A DNA stretch of 64,000 nucleotides from Octopus bimaculoides (GCF_001194135.2 NC_068996.1:26459572-26523571), one strand, 5' to 3'; shown: positions 49,852-62,945, counted from the stretch's first letter. Program-made: numbers and translations. The notes: a model not told the origin generated them from the sequence alone.

Positions 49852-50420
49852 ACATTATGCAATAGTTGCAAATGAGTATCACTGCCATACAAACAATGTT
49901 GTTCATTTCCATTCTTCCATGAAGAATATGTCTTAGCCAATGGCAAGTATTACTTTGCTTAGAAACAGGTGAGGATTGGTGACAGGAAGGGCATCAGGCT
50001 GTAGGAAAATTCTGCCTCAACAAATTCTCTCTGACACATGCAAGCATGGAAAAGTGAATGTTAAATGATGATGATGTTGTGGGTGGTGGTGGTGGTGGTG
50101 GTATAACTGATGCTAACAATGTTGATGAGTTTACTATTGAACCATTCAAAGAGAGAAAGGGACTACTTGAAAAAGACTCCAACAGCCAAATTTAATTGTC
50201 CTTTGGTTGTCAAAATTATTGAAATAAAATAGGAACCGGTTACCAGAGTCTTTCCTAACATTTACATCAGACATGGTTATCCCGTACAATATTTAGCACC
50301 AAGTAAAAAAAAAAAAGAAAAGAAAGAAAGAGAGATATCATCCAGAGAGAAAAGATACTAATTAGTAGATAACATTACTATTCTGGATCATATTGTAAAT
50401 TATCCGGCAATTTCTGTACA
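48270..50420 (+). mobile_element. Helitron Rep/helicase remnant, interrupted by SINEs
   Basis: VIE*EKRGLLPSHIL (Rep HUH motif VIE.QKRGLPH.H); YGP...SCMPDQKCNKQY; SMFKL and VVLSGGFR (PIF1 helicase L.GDFRQ); VFPNI. Confidence 0.7.
49672..50075 (+). mobile_element. SINE with family A head and RTE-type tail
   Basis: Head catggctgtgtagttaag...gggttcagtccc; (GT)n hinge; tail ggtgacaggaagggcatc...atgcaagcatggaaaagtgaatgttaaa(tga)n. Confidence 0.8.
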
Positions 50421-50423
50421 GTG

Positions 50424-50647
50424 TTAACTCTTTACAATTTAAACCAACCATATCCAGCCAAAATATTCTACCTGTTTTATATTCAAACTGGCCAGATCTG
50501 GCCTCTCACACAAATCCTACAATATCATTATAAAAATTAACTGTTACCTCATCAAAATCTTGAAGCTATGAGTGCATGATTAATTCAAAACGATGTGAAT
50601 AAATTAGCAGTACAATTGACAGAATAATGTGAATGTTAAAGGATTAA
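50424..50647. mobile_element. piggyBac-type MITE (TTAA-bounded)
   Basis: ttaactctttacaattt ... gaatgttaaaggattaa. Confidence 0.55.
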
Positions 50648-50861
50648 ACCAGCAGGAGTTACTCCATTCAGTCTAAAGTTTGGAGCATCAATAAAGCTAC
50701 TTTATAATCTAGATCAACCTAAACAATAATTTTGGCAATAGAATGACCATCAAAATCATGACACCTCATGTTCTGGAGAACACACCCAAGTCAGGAAAAT
50801 TTACTGGTAACTTTTCATTTCTAGATTACCTATGAAGCCAACTAATTTTTTTCATTTGAAT

Positions 50862-51208
50862 TGTAGCGAACTCTAGTGAGTTTCCTCTCTTATATTACAT
50901 ACGAATGTAAGAGGTAACAGCTAATCTTTGGAACTTTCTTTTGCCACCATCTTTATGGAACTTTCTTTTGCCACCATCTTTACGGCTTGACTCACTTTGC
51001 TAGTCACTGTCGCTTTTCTAGCACCTACAGCTTTTGCCTCTGTGTTGCAGACAAACTCTTGGCACTGCTCACTCTCACAGCTGTTAATATTCTCTCATTT
51101 ACCTTGATTCTTCGCATTCCTGTGTTTTCCACTTAGCTGGACGTAGGTCTATCACATTTGCACATCAAGTTTTGCTGGCTACTCAACCTTTTTCACCTCT
51201 TCGCTACA
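50862..51208 (+). mobile_element. LTR-like unit 1 (347 bp)
   Basis: TG...CA ends with a perfect 9-bp inverted repeat tgtagcgaa / ttcgctaca; first ~70 nt shared with unit 2. Confidence 0.65.
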
Positions 51209-51270
51209 GATATCTTCCTTTTATCATATATTTTGTCTCTCACAAAATGACCTGTGGGGGAGGGGCAGTC

Positions 51271-51765
51271 TGTAGCAAACTCTAGTGAGCTTCCTCTCTT
51301 ATATTACATATTTATGATTGTAGCAAGTAACAGCTAACCTTTGGGCGCTCTTTTGGACCCCGTTGTATCTACCACTCCAATCAGTTGATATTGGTGCAAT
51401 TTGTCTCTCATTCTATCATGCACTAATATGCAACCCAACCAATCACAACCTGCAAATAAGTCATCTGAGACAGTCTGTTCCAATCAAGCATTTGAGCCTA
51501 CCTGCCTACCAGATGTCTCTCACCATCATTGTCAAATGTCTACACAACACCAACACACTGCTCTGGCTCCTACATCGCTGTTCATGAGCTTCTCATCAGA
51601 GTTAACAGCTTACATACAACCCACACAGATGCCTGTAGATATATATAAAAGTCCATCAGCCATTCTATTCATCATTCCATTGTGTATATGCGTGTGACCA
51701 CAATAAACATGTTAAAGTTACCGCCTTGTGTTTTATACATTCTTCACCAGGTTCCTACCACTACA
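51271..51765 (+). mobile_element. LTR-like unit 2 (495 bp) preceded by a polypurine tract
   Basis: PPT gggggagggg 51256-51265; tgtag...ctaca ends; TATA-like tatataaaa ~51641; AATAAA ~51701. Confidence 0.75.
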
Positions 51766-54199
51766 ATATCATAACAGCCTTCTAAGAATCATATTAGATG
51801 GCTCAATAACAACCTTCACCATCTAAAGGATTTTAAAAGGGTCACTTTTCTTTTGTATCCAACTTTACCAAATCTCACCGAAATCTCACCTCATATTCTT
51901 AAGAACACAGCCATGTCAGGAAAATTTGCTGGTAACTATTCATTTCTAGAGTACCTATGGAGCCAACTTAATTCACAATTAAATTTAAAAAGGGTCACTT
52001 TTCTTTCGTATCCAGCTTCACCAAATCTCAAGGGTATTCACTGAAAGTCAGCCTGCTGGTACTTCAAGAGCTGGGATCCTTGAAGGCCTCATCGTCATAG
52101 CATCACAGGAGCAAAATCAAGAATATTATTTGTTGTGAGGTTTTGGAATAAATAAGTGAAAAACTGTTGCTGTTATAATTACTTCAGTGAAAATATCCTA
52201 TTTCCATTAATCAAATGGGTTGTACTGTATGCTGGACCTGCAGATTAGAGAACAGTAGTAGCACTGCCATTTCTTTTACCACTACCGTCGTCCGTTTCAT
52301 CAGTACCAACGGTTTCACCATTTATCTCTATCGTCACTTTCATTACCATCGTTTCATTCAGCAGTCATCTATTCCAACACTGGTTGTCTGTTTAACCACT
52401 GTCCTCATTGGGATGCCTAGGTAAGCAGTAACACTGCTGGTATTAATCTACTAAAACAACTTCGTTTAATAAAAAAAATACTTCAATAACAACCACAAAA
52501 TCTTCCAGGTGATATTTACAAGTGTTTAAAACAACAACAACAAATAATTAGGAAGCTTCTGTTTAGTTGTCTCATCTGTCAGAAACGGCAGCCTATTTCG
52601 TATTGAATTACAACATACTTATCGGAGAATGTAGTTATATTGGACAATGGAATCCAAGATAAATCATGCCCGAAACAAAAAGAAGATGGTAACTTCAAGG
52701 TGGAACGTCTTTGATCATAAGTCTGCTCTATTAGAGATGACCTCAGAGCTCAACAACAATAACAACAGCAGCGACAACAACAACAATAATAACAACAATA
52801 TTGACGACAGCAACCAAATAAAAATGTTCCCTCCTCTTAGCTATCTCCCAAAAAGGAAGAAAAGAATGATATTGAAATCAATATCAGGAAATGATGTAGA
52901 GGCAACACAACACTGTTTCATCTGCAGGTTCTTATCAAGCAATCCATTTAAAACTGACTTATTCGATGTCTTATTTGCCATTTGCAATTTTTCTTGGATT
53001 TTCGTCTGTTCATAGTTATTGTTTCGTTCACGACTTGTTTATTGTTAGTAATGATGGTGATGGTGACATAGTGGTGGTGATGGTGGTGGTAATTTTTATC
53101 GAGTCTCCACTCGTTTCTTTTCCCACTCCTCTGTGTTTATATATTTATTTAATCATTTCATTATGCATGCAATTGCGGTCGATATAGTTATTGCTAATAT
53201 TACTTAACAGTCGTAAACCACGGAACAAAAAGACATAACCAGCCACGGCAGCGAAGCAATAATAACTGTCCCATTACTGTCACAATCAAGATGTATACAC
53301 ATAAACACGCGCAGGCACGCACGCACGCGCACATTGAATGTGTGTAAGTACTTGTGTTTGCGCGTACAATCATGCATAGATTATATGTATCCCTACACAC
53401 ACACGCACACACACATACACACAGGTATACATATGTTTTGCAAATGTATGTATAGATAATTAGATATTTATCTTTGTGTGTGTGAGTGCGTGTGTGTGTG
53501 TGTGTGTGTGAGTGCGTGCGTGTATGTACTTGTGTATGTGCGTGCGTGTGTGGATGCACACACACATATATAAAATGTATGTGTGTGTGTTGAAGCACAT
53601 CACTTAGTGGTTAGGCTGTTGCACTCATGTTTGTAAGCTTGTGGTTTCGATACCAGGACTCGACAATGTGCTGTGTTGTTCAGCAAAACACTCAACTTGC
53701 AACAAATTAATGTCCTATCCGGGAGAGGAATATATGCATCACAAGATCCAGGAAACCAGCCTTATGAGGCTATGGCTTGGGAAAGACTCTTGATATTTTT
53801 CTTTTTGGTATATTTAAATATTTGTGCGTGTGGAGTGTGTGTGTGTGTGTGTGTGTGTTTGCAGTCTTTGAATGTTGGGTCTCACGAAGGCGATGACGAA
53901 TGATCAAAACCTTTGGTGATTTGCTGTGCTTGTGAAGACTCATCAAGCCTAGAGAAATCATAGTTGTGGCCAGTAATGGTGACATGTAAAAGCACCCATA
54001 CCAGTTACACGTAAAGGCACCCACTACACTCTGTGGAGTGGTTGGCATTAAGAAGGGCATTCAGCTATAGAAACCAAGTCAAAATCAGACAAACCTGGTA
54101 CAGCTCTCTGGCTTACCAGTTCCAGTCAAACTGTTTAATCCATGCCAGCATGGAAAATGGATGCTAAATGGCGATGATATATACTCATACACTTCATCA

Positions 54200-54600
54200 T
54201 TACTCTTTACTTGTTTCAGTCATTTGACTGCGGCCATGCTGGAGCATCACCTTTAGTCGAGCAAATCAACCCCAGGACTTATTCTTTGTAAGTCTAGTAC
54301 TTATTCTATCGGTCTCTTTTGCCGAACCGCTAAGCTACGGGGACGTAAACACACCACCATCGGTTGTCAGGCGATGGTGGGGGGACAAACAAAGACACGC
54401 AAACATATACACATATATATATATATATATACATATATACGACGGGCTTCTTTCAGTTTCTATCTACCAAATCTACTCACAAGGTTTTGGTCGGCCCGAG
54501 GCTATTGTAGAAGACACTTGTCTAAGGTGCCACGCAGTGGGAATGAACCCAGAACCATGTGGTTAGTAAGCAAGCTACTTATCACACAGCCACTCCTGTG
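54200..54600 (-). mobile_element. SINE family A
   Basis: Full head, hinge and tail A on the minus strand. Confidence 0.9.
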
Positions 54601-54687
54601 CCTATCATTGTCAAACATTCATGTTCCTTGCTGACATGTATACGTATATATATTGTATATGTGTATGTGTGGAGATATATATATATA

Positions 54688-55260
54688 TGAGAAAAAGAAA
54701 ATGGAAAAATTGAGATATATACATCAATTTATTAGAACATATTTAATTGCAAGAAAAAACAAACTCTTAACACCTACACTTGTTTCCAAGCTTAAATTCA
54801 ATTTGAGAAATTATATTAAATTAGATTAACGATTCCTATTGAATATATAGCTAATTGGGCATTTTGTCAGCAGAGTAATTTGATAGAAAGGGGCTACATT
54901 CCAACGTGTTGGTAGATCCTTGATAGACTGATATGTGCGTTTTTGCATCCAATGTATTTAAGAAATATACTGGACGTATTTTTAAATACATTGGATGCAA
55001 AAACGCACATATCTTAGTCTGTCAAGGATCTACCAACGCATTGGGATGTAACCTCGTTCTATCAAATTCATCTGCTGATGAAATGCCCAATTAGCTAAAT
55101 TCAATAGGAAACTTTAATTTAATTTAATTTAATTTAATTTAATTTCTCAAGTTGAATTAATTGAGCATGGAAACAATTGTAGGTGCTAAGAGTTTGTTTT
55201 TGTTTGGAATAAAATATGTTCTAATAACTTGATGTCAAATTCTCCATTTTCTTTTTCTCA
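54688..55260. mobile_element. 573-bp foldback (whole-element palindrome; MITE-like)
   Basis: tgagaaaaagaaaatgga...atgtgcgtttttgcatccaatgtatttaa / ttaaatacattggatgcaaaaacgcacat...tccattttctttttctca; loop near 54965-54980. Confidence 0.9.
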
Positions 55261-55380
55261 CAGATGAACAAAAATATACCCATATCCATCAATGCAAATG
55301 TAACATCTTTAGTTTTTCACTGATACTCTGGATAAGACTGGAGAACTTGGATGCTGACATCCCTTTAAGATGGTTTTATA

Positions 55381-55670
55381 TCATCATCATCATCGTCGTC
55401 GTTTAACATCCGCTTTCCATGCTAGCATGGGTTGGACGATTTGACTGAAGACTGGTGAACCAGATGGCTACACCAGGCTCCAATCTGATCTGCAGAGTTT
55501 CTACAGCTGGATGCCCTTCCTAACGCCAACTACTCCTAGAGTGTAGTAGGTGCTTTTACGTGCTACCAGCACGAAGGCCAGTCAGGTGGTACTGGCAATG
55601 GCCACGCTCAAATGGTGTTTTTTACGTTCCACCTGCATAGGAGCCAGTCCAGCGACACTGACAACGACCT
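55381..55670 (-). mobile_element. RTE 3'-UTR repeat (family C) abutting the mariner TIR
   Basis: (ATC)n gtttaacatccgctttccatgctagcatgggttgg...caacgacct. Confidence 0.85.
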
Positions 55671-56919
55671 GGGTCATCCCCTAAATAATGTGGTTTTTCA
55701 ATTGCGTGAACTAAAAGTCAGACGGGGAAGGGATAAACTACCAGCATCACCTTGCTATAAAAGCAGGTAGTAATTTTACCTTGTACTTATTCTTAGTGCA
55801 AGTTTTGAAGAGTACAGTTCGATTTTAACAGTTACTTTTTCAAAGCTATAATAGAAGTGACAAAGGATCATATTCGGCTTATTTTGCTTTATGACTTCAA
55901 TAAAGACAACAATGCAACAGAAAGTGCGAGGAATGTTAATGTAGTATATTGGCATCAGACAATAAGCATAAACCAGTGTCAATGGTGGTTCCAGAAATTC
56001 TGAGCCAGAAACTACAGCTTAGAAGATGTACCTCATCCTGGAAAACCTGTAGAGCTTGATGAGAACACCCTGCAAACCCTGGTTGAACAAAATCCTATCA
56101 TAACTGTTGAGGAACTGGCAGAGAAGCTTGGATTTGGTCATTCAACTATTCATTGACATCTGCATGCCATCCAGAAAAGTCAGCAAATTGAGTCAATGAG
56201 TTCCTTACAAACTTTTTGAGTATAATTGTCTGCAGAGAGTGAATGTGTGCCCTTCTTTGCTGTTACATCTCACAAATGAATCATTTTGGACCAAATAGTG
56301 ACTGGTGATGAGAAATGGGTTTTCTATAAAAATCTCAAGTGCCAAAGACAGTAGGTAGGGAAAGAAGAAACACCAGTACCCCAGGCTAAAGAAAGTTTTG
56401 ACCCATGGAAGGTGTTGTTATCTCTTTGGTAGGATGTGAAAGGTTTAGTCCAATTTGAACTTTTAAACCCACACCAAACAATAACAGGGGAGCTCTTCTG
56501 CGAGCAGCTTAAGTCAGCGCTAGAAGAGAAACAACCATCTTTGATTTCAAGATGATAGGTGTCCTTCCATCAGGATAACACTGGTTACATACAACAAGGA
56601 TAACATTCCAAAGGCTGGAGCAGTTTGAATAGGAAATGATGCCCCACCCACCATATTTGCTTTATTCCACAGTCTTCAAAATCATTTAGGCAGAAAAAAT
56701 ATGAATTCTGTAGATGAAGTCAGAACAGTACTGGAGGGGTATTTTTCATCACAGACAAGCGAATCTTGGAAAAGGGGCCTTGCAAGTCTACCAGATAGAT
56801 GGAAGAGCATTGCAGAAAATGAAGGAGAGTATATTTTAGATTAAAAAAGAACTTTGTTTATCTTAATTTTGAAAAATAGAAGTAGTATAAAAAACTGAAT
56901 TATTTATGGCATGACCCAA
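55670..56919 (+). mobile_element. Mariner transposon, same family as 9788-11073, inactivated
   Basis: TIRs tgggtcatcccctaaataatgtggttttt / aaaaactgaattatttatggcatgacccaa plus TA; VTGDEKWVFY and FHQDN catalytic motifs; YSPDIAPSD segment deleted. Confidence 0.95.
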
Positions 56920-57339
56920 TATATATCTTAGTGTGTGTTATCTTCAACATCATCATTTAACATCCATTTTCCATGCAGGCATGGGTTGAATGGCTTGACA
57001 AGATTCTGCAAGCTGCAAAAGTCTGTGCTGAGCTCCTCTGTCAGCTTTAACATGTTTTCTACTGTTGGAAGCCCTCCCTAATACCAACTGCCTTACAATG
57101 TATACTGGGTCCTTTTTTTTTTTCCATGCCACCAACACATTTGTGGTTGTCAAGTAAGTTGCACAGCTGAAAAGAGATGGGGAGGTAGCTTTATGCCTGG
57201 TGCTGATAGGTTAAAGTACAATAGAGGGACAAGCACAAGTGTCTTGCTAAAGTATGAGTAGTAGTGATTGGGATGAAGATGAATGTGTGTGTGTGTGTGT
57301 GAATGTGTAGAGACACACACACACACACGCACACACACA

Positions 57340-57575
57340 CATTCTTTTATTCTTTTACTTGCTTTAGTCATTTGACTGCAGCCATGCTGGAGCATGCCTT
57401 TTAAGGGTATTTTAATCGAAGAAATCAACTTATTCTTTGTAAGTCTAATACTTATTCTATCAGTGTCTTTTGCCAGACTGCTAAGTTATGGGAATGTAAA
57501 CACACCAGCATCAGTTGTCAAGTGATGGTGGAGGGACAAACACAGACACAAAGACATAAACAAATAAATATATAC

Positions 57576-57637
<62 letters not shown>

Positions 57638-57830
57638 ATACATATATATATATATATGTATATACGTTGGGCTTCTTTCAGTTTCTGTCTACCAAATCGA
57701 TTCACAAAGTTTTGGTTAGCCCAAGTGTATAGTACAAGACACTTGCCTAAGGTGCCACACAGTGGGACTGAACCCAGAACCATGTGGTTGGGAAGCAAGC
57801 TTCTTATCTCATAGCCATGCCTGTGCCTGT
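57340..57830 (-). mobile_element. SINE family A
   Basis: Tail A at left, (TA)n hinge, head at right. Confidence 0.88.
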
Positions 57831-57838
57831 ATATGTAT

Positions 57839-57870
<32 letters not shown>

Positions 57871-58276
57871 AAAGAGGGAGAGAAAGCAGAAGAACAAGAC
57901 AAGGAAAACACAACACACAAAACACACATGCACCCCCTCCCCCCACACACACACAGACAAACACACTTATCTCTTCATCAAATGTTGACTGAAGTTTGAC
58001 AGCTTCAGCAACTTTAACAACAGAATTGCTAGCTTCAGCATGCCAATAGATTTAAACAAAAATTACCAGAGAGAGATTTATCTAAGTCTGGAGAGGGACA
58101 ATTTGTGAGACAGTGTAGTTTGAATATCAGAAAAAAGAAGACAACAAGTATACAAGAATATGTGTAAAAGTGTCCAAGCAAATACAGAAGAAAAAAAAAT
58201 TAAGTTTTATAATAAGATATTTCAATTAAGAAAAAACAATCTGGAAAAAACTTTTTTTGTTTCTTTTTGCTCTCAG

Positions 58277-58353
58277 TTTATATCAAATAGAACTAATGAC
58301 AAGGATACTGAACAGAATCTTTTGACTGAAGTACAATATAGCAGTGCAAACAG
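58277..58353 (+). other. Candidate 77-nt internal coding exon
   Basis: Strong acceptor tttttttgtttctttttgctctcag, donor cag/gtaaca, only one open frame (FISNRTNDKDTEQNLLTEVQYSSAN); no homology recognised. Confidence 0.3.
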
Positions 58354-58726
58354 GTAACATAGTATGAGAAGAAATTGTTCAAAATGAGAAAGAGCTGATG
58401 GAGGAGAAATCCAGAAACATAGTAAAGAAAAGCAATCATGGAATCAAAATGAGATGGAATGTGTGTGGAAAAGAATATTATGGGAAGTGATCTAAAGACA
58501 TTGTAGGATAGAAGAAATATCAGACAGAGGAGGACAAGAGACAAAGAAAAAGAACTGACTGAGATGCGGGAAAAGAGAAAGAAAGAAAGAAAGAAGAGGG
58601 AGGAAAAGTAATAAAAAGAAAAGGAGAGAGAACAATGGAGAGTGGGAATATGTGGCTTTGTTTATAAGAATCATTGCTAATTACTTTCTGCCTACTTTAT
58701 GTTCAGTAAGTTAGCTATTTTGTCAA

Positions 58727-58950
58727 GGCATGTGGCTTAGTGGTTTGGGTTTCGACTCATTATCGTAAAATTGTGGTTTTGATTTCTGGACCGAGTGGTG
58801 CATTGTGTTCGTGAGCAAAACACTTCATTTCATGTTGCTCTGGTCCACTCACTTGGTAAAAATGAGTAATCCTGCGATGGACCAGTGTCCTATCCAGGAA
58901 AGAATATATATGCCAGAGAAACGAGGAAACAAAGGCCATGTTCCTTATGG
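58727..58950 (+). mobile_element. tRNA/CORE SINE with a V-domain-like segment
   Basis: A box tggcttagtgg; CORE-like gagcaaaacacttcatttcatgttgctc; cctgcgatggaccagtgtcctatccagg resembles V-SINE domains (from memory). Confidence 0.55.
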
Positions 58951-59099
58951 AGTAATGTAGACTAACCAAGTAAGCAATTAGACAGACAGAGAATGATGAA
59001 ATAAATAGCAAACTAAAATAAATACTGATGATAGATGCATCCTACTAAATCCTTTGAAGACAGTGGTCCAGCATGGTTGCTGCCTAAAAAGGTAAGGAT

Positions 59100-59420
59100 G
59101 ACCATGAATGACCATGGGATTGCACCTAGAATGTTACCCCCTGAGGTACAAGTCTGGGCAAGGTTGTTTATAAAAGACCAGCTGTCACCCATGCATACCA
59201 GCCTCCCCTCTCCATGCCACCTATATTATCCAAGGGAAAGGCAAAGGCCAATACAGCTTGGCACTAGTGACATCACAACTCATCTCTACAGAAGAGTGAA
59301 CTGGAGCAACATAAAATAAAGTTTCTTGCTCAAGAACACAACACAAACCCAGTCTGGGAACTGAACTCACTACCTCATGATTGTGAGTCGAATGCTTTTA
59401 CCACCAAGTCATGTGCCTCC
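59100..59420 (-). mobile_element. SINE family F
   Basis: Same as 15016-15284. Confidence 0.85.
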
Positions 59421-59721
59421 ATTAGGCTACTGCCTAATGACTGAATAAATCCTGTAGCAATGTTTATACCTGACCTTTGCATGCAGTTGACCACAAGGTC
59501 CAGTCCTTGTTGCAGTGTGGTGGTTTGTGTGCCTCAATAGCCCCAAGAGTTATATCAGTGGTGTACATATTCATAGTAGGGTCTCTCAAGCTGGACAGGT
59601 CAAAGGATAGATGCCAGATTAATATGGACCACTTCTTCTGGTAGATAAAAAGGGTTTGTGTAAGGTCAGCGCTCCCACCCTGAAAAGAAAAGGCAAAGTT
59701 ATAGGTGCAGGGGTACCTATA

Positions 59722-60135
59722 ACTGTGTTAAGAAGCTTTCTTCCCAACCACGGGGTTCTGGGTTCAGTCCCACTGTGTGACACCTTGGGGAAATGTCTCC
59801 AACTATAGCCTTGGGCTGAGCAAAGCCTTGTGAGTGGATTTGGTAGATGGAAACTGAAAGAAACTCGTGTGTGTGTGTGTGTGTTTGCGCACACGTGTGT
59901 GTGTATGCACGCATGCATGTGTGTGTGTATGATTGACCCCCCCCCATGACCACTTGACAACTGGTGTTGGTATGTTTATGTCACTGTAATGTAAGCAGTT
60001 CAATGAAAGAGAGCAACAGAATAAGTACTAGGCTTACAAAGAATAAGTGCTGGGGTTGATTTGCTGAACTAGAACCCTTCAAGGCAGTGCTCCAGCCTGG
60101 CCACAGTCAAATGACTGAAGCAAGTAAAAGAATAA
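59722..60135 (+). mobile_element. SINE family A
   Basis: Head, hinge and tail A. Confidence 0.88.
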
Positions 60136-60845
60136 AAAGTATCGGTAACAATTCAAAACCAACAAGACCTGGGTAAGAAAAAGACTGCCCAGAATGAAGT
60201 ACAGTGTGATAGCCAATGTTCCATAGGAAGAGAAGAGCTTACGTAGGTTAGGATGCAGTGTTTATCTTATTGTTTACTGTTTTCATTTGAAGATATTAAA
60301 ACAGTTGCTTTCGTAATGTCATTGGTTGAAACTAAAATAAAAACAAAATATCAGTACTATCACTATTCTTTGCCTCTTCACTACTCAATATATCTTTTAT
60401 CTGTTTTAGTCATTAGACTGTGGTCAAACTGGGGCTTTGCCTTGAATTTTTAGTTGAATGAATTGATGCCAGTCAGTCCCAATGTGTGGCACCATGGGCA
60501 AATGTCTTCTACTATAGCCTCAAGCCAACCAGAGCCTTGTGAGTGGATTTGATAGACAGAAACTGAAAGAAGCCTGTTGTGTGTGTATATATATTATATA
60601 TATAATGTGTATATATATATAATATATATCATCATCATCATCATCATCGTTTAACATCCGCTTTCCATGCTAGCATGGGTTGGACAATTTGACTGAGGAC
60701 TGGTGAAACCAGATANNNNNNNNNNATATGTACATATGTATGTATATATATATAATATATATCATCATCATCATCATCATCGTTTAACATCCGCTTTCCA
60801 TGCTAGCATGGGTTGGACAATTTGACTGAGGACTGGTGAAACCAG

Positions 60846-60879
<34 letters not shown>

Positions 60880-61289
60880 GTATGTGTGTATGTATGTATG
60901 TATGTACAATGGGTTTCTTCTAGTTTCTGTCTACCAAATCTACTCACAAGGTTTTGGTGAGCCTGAGGCAATAGTTGAAGACACTTGCTCAAGTTATCAT
61001 ACAGTGGGACTAAATCCAGAATCATATGGTTGTGAAGCAAGCTTTTTACCACACAGTCATACTTACCTCTGAAACAAGCTATTTTTCTTCCATTTGTGAC
61101 TGTTTTTTAAAGAAATGTTTGACATAACATTGTCATTTAACACCCACTTTTTCATGCTTACATGAGTTGGATTGAGTTTATTGAAGTACATTTTCTATTG
61201 TTTGATGCCTTTCCTGCTGCCAACCATTAACTGTTTTCAGACAAGGTCATATTTTCCTGTGGTCAGACATGTTTTTGCACAATATTAGA

Positions 61290-61780
61290 AATGAAGACCT
61301 GTTGAGGCAAGTGAAATCCAAATTGAACTAAATTCGACGACTGGCACCCATGCCAACGTCGTCTCCTCCATTGGACACGAAATTCGGCTTGTGAAGACCT
61401 GTTGGGGCAAGCGAAAGCAAAATCGTGATGGCACCTGTGTCCAGCATCGCCTTCCTGGCACTTGTGCCAGTGACAAGTGTAAAGACATTCGAGCGAGATC
61501 GTTGCCAGTGCCGCTGGACTGGCTCCTGTGCAGGTGGCACGTAAAATACACCATTTTGAGCATGGCCGTTGCCAGTACCGCCTGACTGGCCTTCGTGCTG
61601 GTGGCACGTAAAAGCACCCACTACACTCTCAGAGTGGTTGGTGCTAGGAAGGGCATCCAGCTGTAGAAACTCTGCCAAATCAGATTGGAGCCTGGTGCAG
61701 CCTTCTGGTTCACCTGTCCTCAGTCAAATCGTCCAACCCATGCTAGCATGAAAAGCGGACATTAAACGATGATGATGATG
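61290..61780 (+). mobile_element. RTE 3'-UTR repeat (family C), long copy
   Basis: Matches 40430-40860 in the opposite orientation; ends aaagcggacattaaac(GAT)n. Confidence 0.85.
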
Positions 61781-62505
61781 AATAACATTTGTTTTTAACA
61801 ACCAAGCAATATCAAGATGAGAAAAATTCAAACACACACACACACACANNNNNNNNNNNNNNNNNGTCCTCAGTCAAATCGTCCAACCCATGCTAGCATG
61901 AAAAGCGGACGTTAAACGATGATGATGATGAATAACATTTGTTTTTAACAACCAAGCAATATCAAGATGAGAAAAATTCAAACACACACACACACACACA
62001 CACACATGCATATATATAAGATAAATAAATTTATTTGTGTGTGAGTGTGTGTGTGAAGGTGTGTGGCCTAGTGGTTAGGCTGCTGCACTCATGATTGCTA
62101 GATCATGGGTTCCGTTCCCTCATGGGGCAGCTTGTTGCGTTCTTGAGCAAAACACTTCACTTCATGTTGCTGCAATCCTCCTTTCAAGGATGCGGGGAAT
62201 GTTGGCCTGCTCGCCTAGCCAGTGGGGTGGTGCCATCTGAAAGCTAAAACAATGCAAAACTCATTGTGACCAGCAATGTGTAATGACATCTATAAGCCTG
62301 GTTGGTTATGTGGTCATGTGATATATATATATATATAGGTAAATGATAGGGTTGCCTCAATCCTTCAGGGGTAGTCTGAAGCATCCAAGCAACCAGGGGA
62401 TGTTTAAATCCGGAGGCACTCCTGGGGATCACCTGTACGGGTACCGTCTTGGGTAGAGGGTATCCAGAGGCAGGTAATTTATTGTTTAAACCGTAGTTTA
62501 TAATT

Positions 62506-62674
62506 ATATTTATGTGGAGAATGGAGCAACAAATACGAGAAGCAGTTCTGTTGGTCTAGTAACCTCAACCTCCACAATGACTCATTACATAACCTCCACA
62601 CAATAAAACAATGGCTAACTAGCCCAACAGAACTGCTTCTTCTTGTATTTGTTGCTCCATTTCCACATAAATAT
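62506..62674. repeat. ~55-bp inverted repeat pair (small MITE or hairpin)
   Basis: atatttatgtggagaatggagcaacaaatacgagaagcagttctgttggtctagt versus actagcccaacagaactgcttcttcttgtatttgttgctccatttccacataaatat. Confidence 0.8.
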
Positions 62675-62945
62675 ATATATATAAAACAAACCTTCAATTT
62701 TTGTTTATAATAAATGGTAATAACAGATGACTGAGACCTTTGGTAATATGCTGTGCTTGAGAGAAAGATTAGTGTCACAAAACTGGCATGTAAAAGCACC
62801 CATTACATCCCCAGAGTGATTGGCATTAGGAATGACATCCAGCTGTGGAAACCATGCCAAATCAGACTGGAGTCTGGTGCAGCCCCTCAGCTTATCAGCC
62901 CTTGTCAAACCATTCAACCCATGCCAACATGGATAATGAATGCAA

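Noticed and set aside
60627-62000. Tandem duplications across tiny gaps (60627-60715 versus ~60750-60847; ~61718-61848 versus 61866-62000)
   Set aside because: Near-identical sequence on both sides of 11-17 nt N gaps is typical of unmerged contig overlaps or haplotypes.
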